64,000 bases of DNA from Candidatus Aminicenantes bacterium (GTDB taxonomy: Bacteria > Acidobacteriota > Aminicenantia > JAMOAD01): NCBI GenBank assembly GCA_035403085.1, contig DAONEM010000002.1, forward strand, positions 10,876 to 74,875. Direction: 5' to 3'. Position 1 is the first letter of the stretch, and every line of letters starts with the position of its first letter. Shown here one piece after another: positions 62,252 through 64,000 of the stretch. The notes under the pieces are model-generated. The model searched no databases and had not been told where the DNA came from. It worked only from the letters and a program-made list of their open reading frames with translations. The translations under genes and the position numbers were made by a program.

Positions 62252-63508
62252 TCAGTCGCCTTTTCCCGTGAACTTGGGAAAAAATTGTAACATATCTTCA
62301 TATTTCAAGTAAACCTCGACCGCCCACCCTTGGGGGACGGCCGTCTTGCGAACGATGAACCCTTTCTTTTCGACGGAGGAGAGGATGTTTTCTTTGGAGT
62401 GTTCCAGTGTAAAGCGATAAAGTTTGAAGTTGCCAAAGAGCATTCTGTCCAGGGAACGGAGAAGGTCTTCGACACCTAGTTTCTCCTTGACAGACAAGAA
62501 GACCTCTTCTGGCCTCTCGCCGCAGTTTTTTTCCAGGAGGGAAGAGCCGGAATCGATCAGGTCGATCTTGTTGTTGACCTGTAGGAGGGGAACCTGTCCT
62601 GCGGAGATCTCCGCCAGAATCGAACGGACCGATTCCGCTTGCTCCTTCGCCTGAGGAGAGCTGTAATCGACCACATGGAGGATCAGGTCGGCGCAAAGAA
62701 TCTCGTCCAGGGTGCTTTTGAACGCTTCCACAAGCTCGATGGGCAAGTTGCGGATGAACCCGACGGTGTCGGAGAGGAGGAAGGGAAGGCCCGAGGGGAG
62801 GGTCACGAGACGGGTGAGGGGGTCGAGGGTCGAGAAGAGGCGTGAAGAGACGAGGGCCCCTTCCCGGGTCAGAAGGTTGAAGAGCGAACTCTTGCCGGCG
62901 GAGGTGTACCCGGCGAGGCAAACCACGGGGAGAGGACTTTTGCGGCGGTTTTCCCGGGTTCGGCTTCTTCTCAGGGAGAGCTCCTTGAGTTCGTTCTTGA
63001 TTCGGACGATCTGGTCGCGAAGGCTTCGGCGTTCATACTCCAGTTTCTTCTCTCCCGGTCCGCGGGTTCCGATTCCTCCTCCCAGACGGGAGAGGGAGGT
63101 CCCCTTTCCTGTCAGCCGGGGAAGGAGAAAGAGAAGCTGAGCCAGCTCGACTTGGAGCTTCCCCTCCCTGCTCTTCGCCCTTTGAGCGAAGATGTCGAGG
63201 ATGAGCTGGGTTCGGTCGACGACCTTGACGTTCCAGCGCCGTTCCAGGTTCCTCTGCTGGGAAGGGGAGAGGCGGTTGTCGAAGATCACGACTTCCGGAG
63301 AGAGGGTCTCCAGCAAAGCCGCGACCTCATCTACCTTGCCCTCTCCCAGGAGGTACTTGGAGTCTGGGCGGTCCCTGTGTTGAAGGAGGGTGAGAACAAC
63401 CTCACCGCCCGCCGAGAGGGTCAACTCCTTCAGCTCTTCCAGGGACTCTTCGGCCTCCCGGCGTCGTTGGAGTCCAAAGGTCATGCCTATGAGAATCGCT
63501 TTTTCCAT
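62252..63508 (-). CDS. hflX: GTPase HflX
   Basis: HflX N-domain, G1 GYTSAGKSSL, G3 DTVGF, G4 NKID. Confidence 0.9.
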   Translation of the reverse strand: MEKAILIGMTFGLQRRREAEESLEELKELTLSAGGEVVLTLLQHRDRPDSKYLLGEGKVDEVAALLETLSPEVVIFDNRLSPSQQRNLERRWNVKVVDRTQLILDIFAQRAKSREGKLQVELAQLLFLLPRLTGKGTSLSRLGGGIGTRGPGEKKLEYERRSLRDQIVRIKNELKELSLRRSRTRENRRKSPLPVVCLAGYTSAGKSSLFNLLTREGALVSSRLFSTLDPLTRLVTLPSGLPFLLSDTVGFIRNLPIELVEAFKSTLDEILCADLILHVVDYSSPQAKEQAESVRSILAEISAGQVPLLQVNNKIDLIDSGSSLLEKNCGERPEEVFLSVKEKLGVEDLLRSLDRMLFGNFKLYRFTLEHSKENILSSVEKKGFIVRKTAVPQGWAVEVYLKYEDMLQFFPKFTGKGD

Positions 63509-64000
63509 CAGGACAGCTCCTCTTGAACCAGCCTTAGAAGGGTCTCCCCTTGGGAGACGGGAAGGTGGAGAAACCCCTTCTCCTTCTTGAACCAGACGAT
63601 CTGGCGCTTGGCGTAGTTCCTCGTCAACCTCTGCATGTTCTCCAGCGCCACACTCTTAGGCGTCTCTCCCCGAAGGAACTCAAGGACATCTCTATAGCCG
63701 ATGGACTGGAAGCCCGGACAAGAGGGGTCGTATCCCTCCTGGAGAAGCCTTCTCACCTCCTCTTCGAGGCCCTGTCGGAACATCTCCTCTACGCGGGCGT
63801 CAATACGTCGGTAGAGCTCTTCACGGGCTTGGGTGAGGAAGATCTTCAAGGAACGGAACTCCGGAAGCGGCGGACGGGTCTCCCGGAAGTGCTCGGAGAT
63901 AGGGCGTCCCGAGGTCTTGAAAACCTCGAGGGCCCGGATGATGCGAACCCGGTCGTTGGAGGAGAGGGTTGCCGCGTAGGAGGGATCGACTCCCTGAAGC
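63508..64000 (-). CDS. miaA: tRNA dimethylallyltransferase, 3' portion (5' end outside window)
   Basis: C-terminal YAKRQIVWFKKE and upstream ...RALEVFKTSGRPISE... MiaA pattern. Open to the window edge. Confidence 0.8.
   Translation of the reverse strand, partial: LQGVDPSYAATLSSNDRVRIIRALEVFKTSGRPISEHFRETRPPLPEFRSLKIFLTQAREELYRRIDARVEEMFRQGLEEEVRRLLQEGYDPSCPGFQSIGYRDVLEFLRGETPKSVALENMQRLTRNYAKRQIVWFKKEKGFLHLPVSQGETLLRLVQEELS

Overview
The window is a 64-kb, high-GC (about 62-65%) bacterial chromosomal segment with tightly packed genes and no CRISPR array, IS element or prophage. Most genes are housekeeping or cell-envelope functions (LPS core sugars, lipid A, peptidoglycan remodelling, nucleotide and isoprenoid metabolism). 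About 30 kb (19.3-49.6 kb) is one uninterrupted minus-strand gene run with many 4-nt start/stop overlaps. Recognisable genes: mscL; an XdhC-like accessory protein plus xanthine-dehydrogenase-family FeS/FAD and Mo subunits; a NUDIX hydrolase; an M28 peptidase; hutI, rtcB, dxs, ispA, xseB, xseA; a YmdB-like phosphoesterase; tsaC; a 2-hydroxyacid dehydrogenase; gmhB; a GT9 heptosyltransferase; a PAP2 phosphatase; lon, hsp20, nrdR; a MiaB-like methylthiotransferase; purE, purD; a PseG-like protein; a YibQ-like deacetylase; an EnvC-like protein; pyrF; rdgB, mgtC; an acyl-CoA ligase; an AmiC-like amidase; a GT4 glycosyltransferase; a beta-CASP MBL RNase; an AI-2E transporter; pgsA, hflX and a partial miaA; tRNA-Pro(CGG). 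The most unusual content is at 1-6.9 kb: two membrane sensors with periplasmic propeller/Y_Y_Y modules but no kinase or receiver. One ends in an AraC HTH and sits divergently from an esterase-methyltransferase operon, with a consensus promoter and a CCGGA-rich palindromic region between them. The other ends in a Cys-rich zinc-ribbon tail. They flank mscL (which has a C-terminal zinc ribbon) and a DUF4097 beta-helix repeat protein. Other noteworthy points: a roughly 4.4-kb lower-GC island (14.9-19.3 kb) carrying three secreted TPR proteins, a Kbp-like BON/LysM protein and tRNA-Pro; an nrdR-hsp20-lon operon where Lon has an AT-hook/H1-like basic tail; an EnvC-like activator next to an S41 homolog whose catalytic Ser/Lys appear substituted; and rtcB translationally coupled to an orphan low-complexity protein. 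Many genes start at GTG/TTG, and several ORF-track starts are N-terminal over-extensions; the feature coordinates below are corrected for this.
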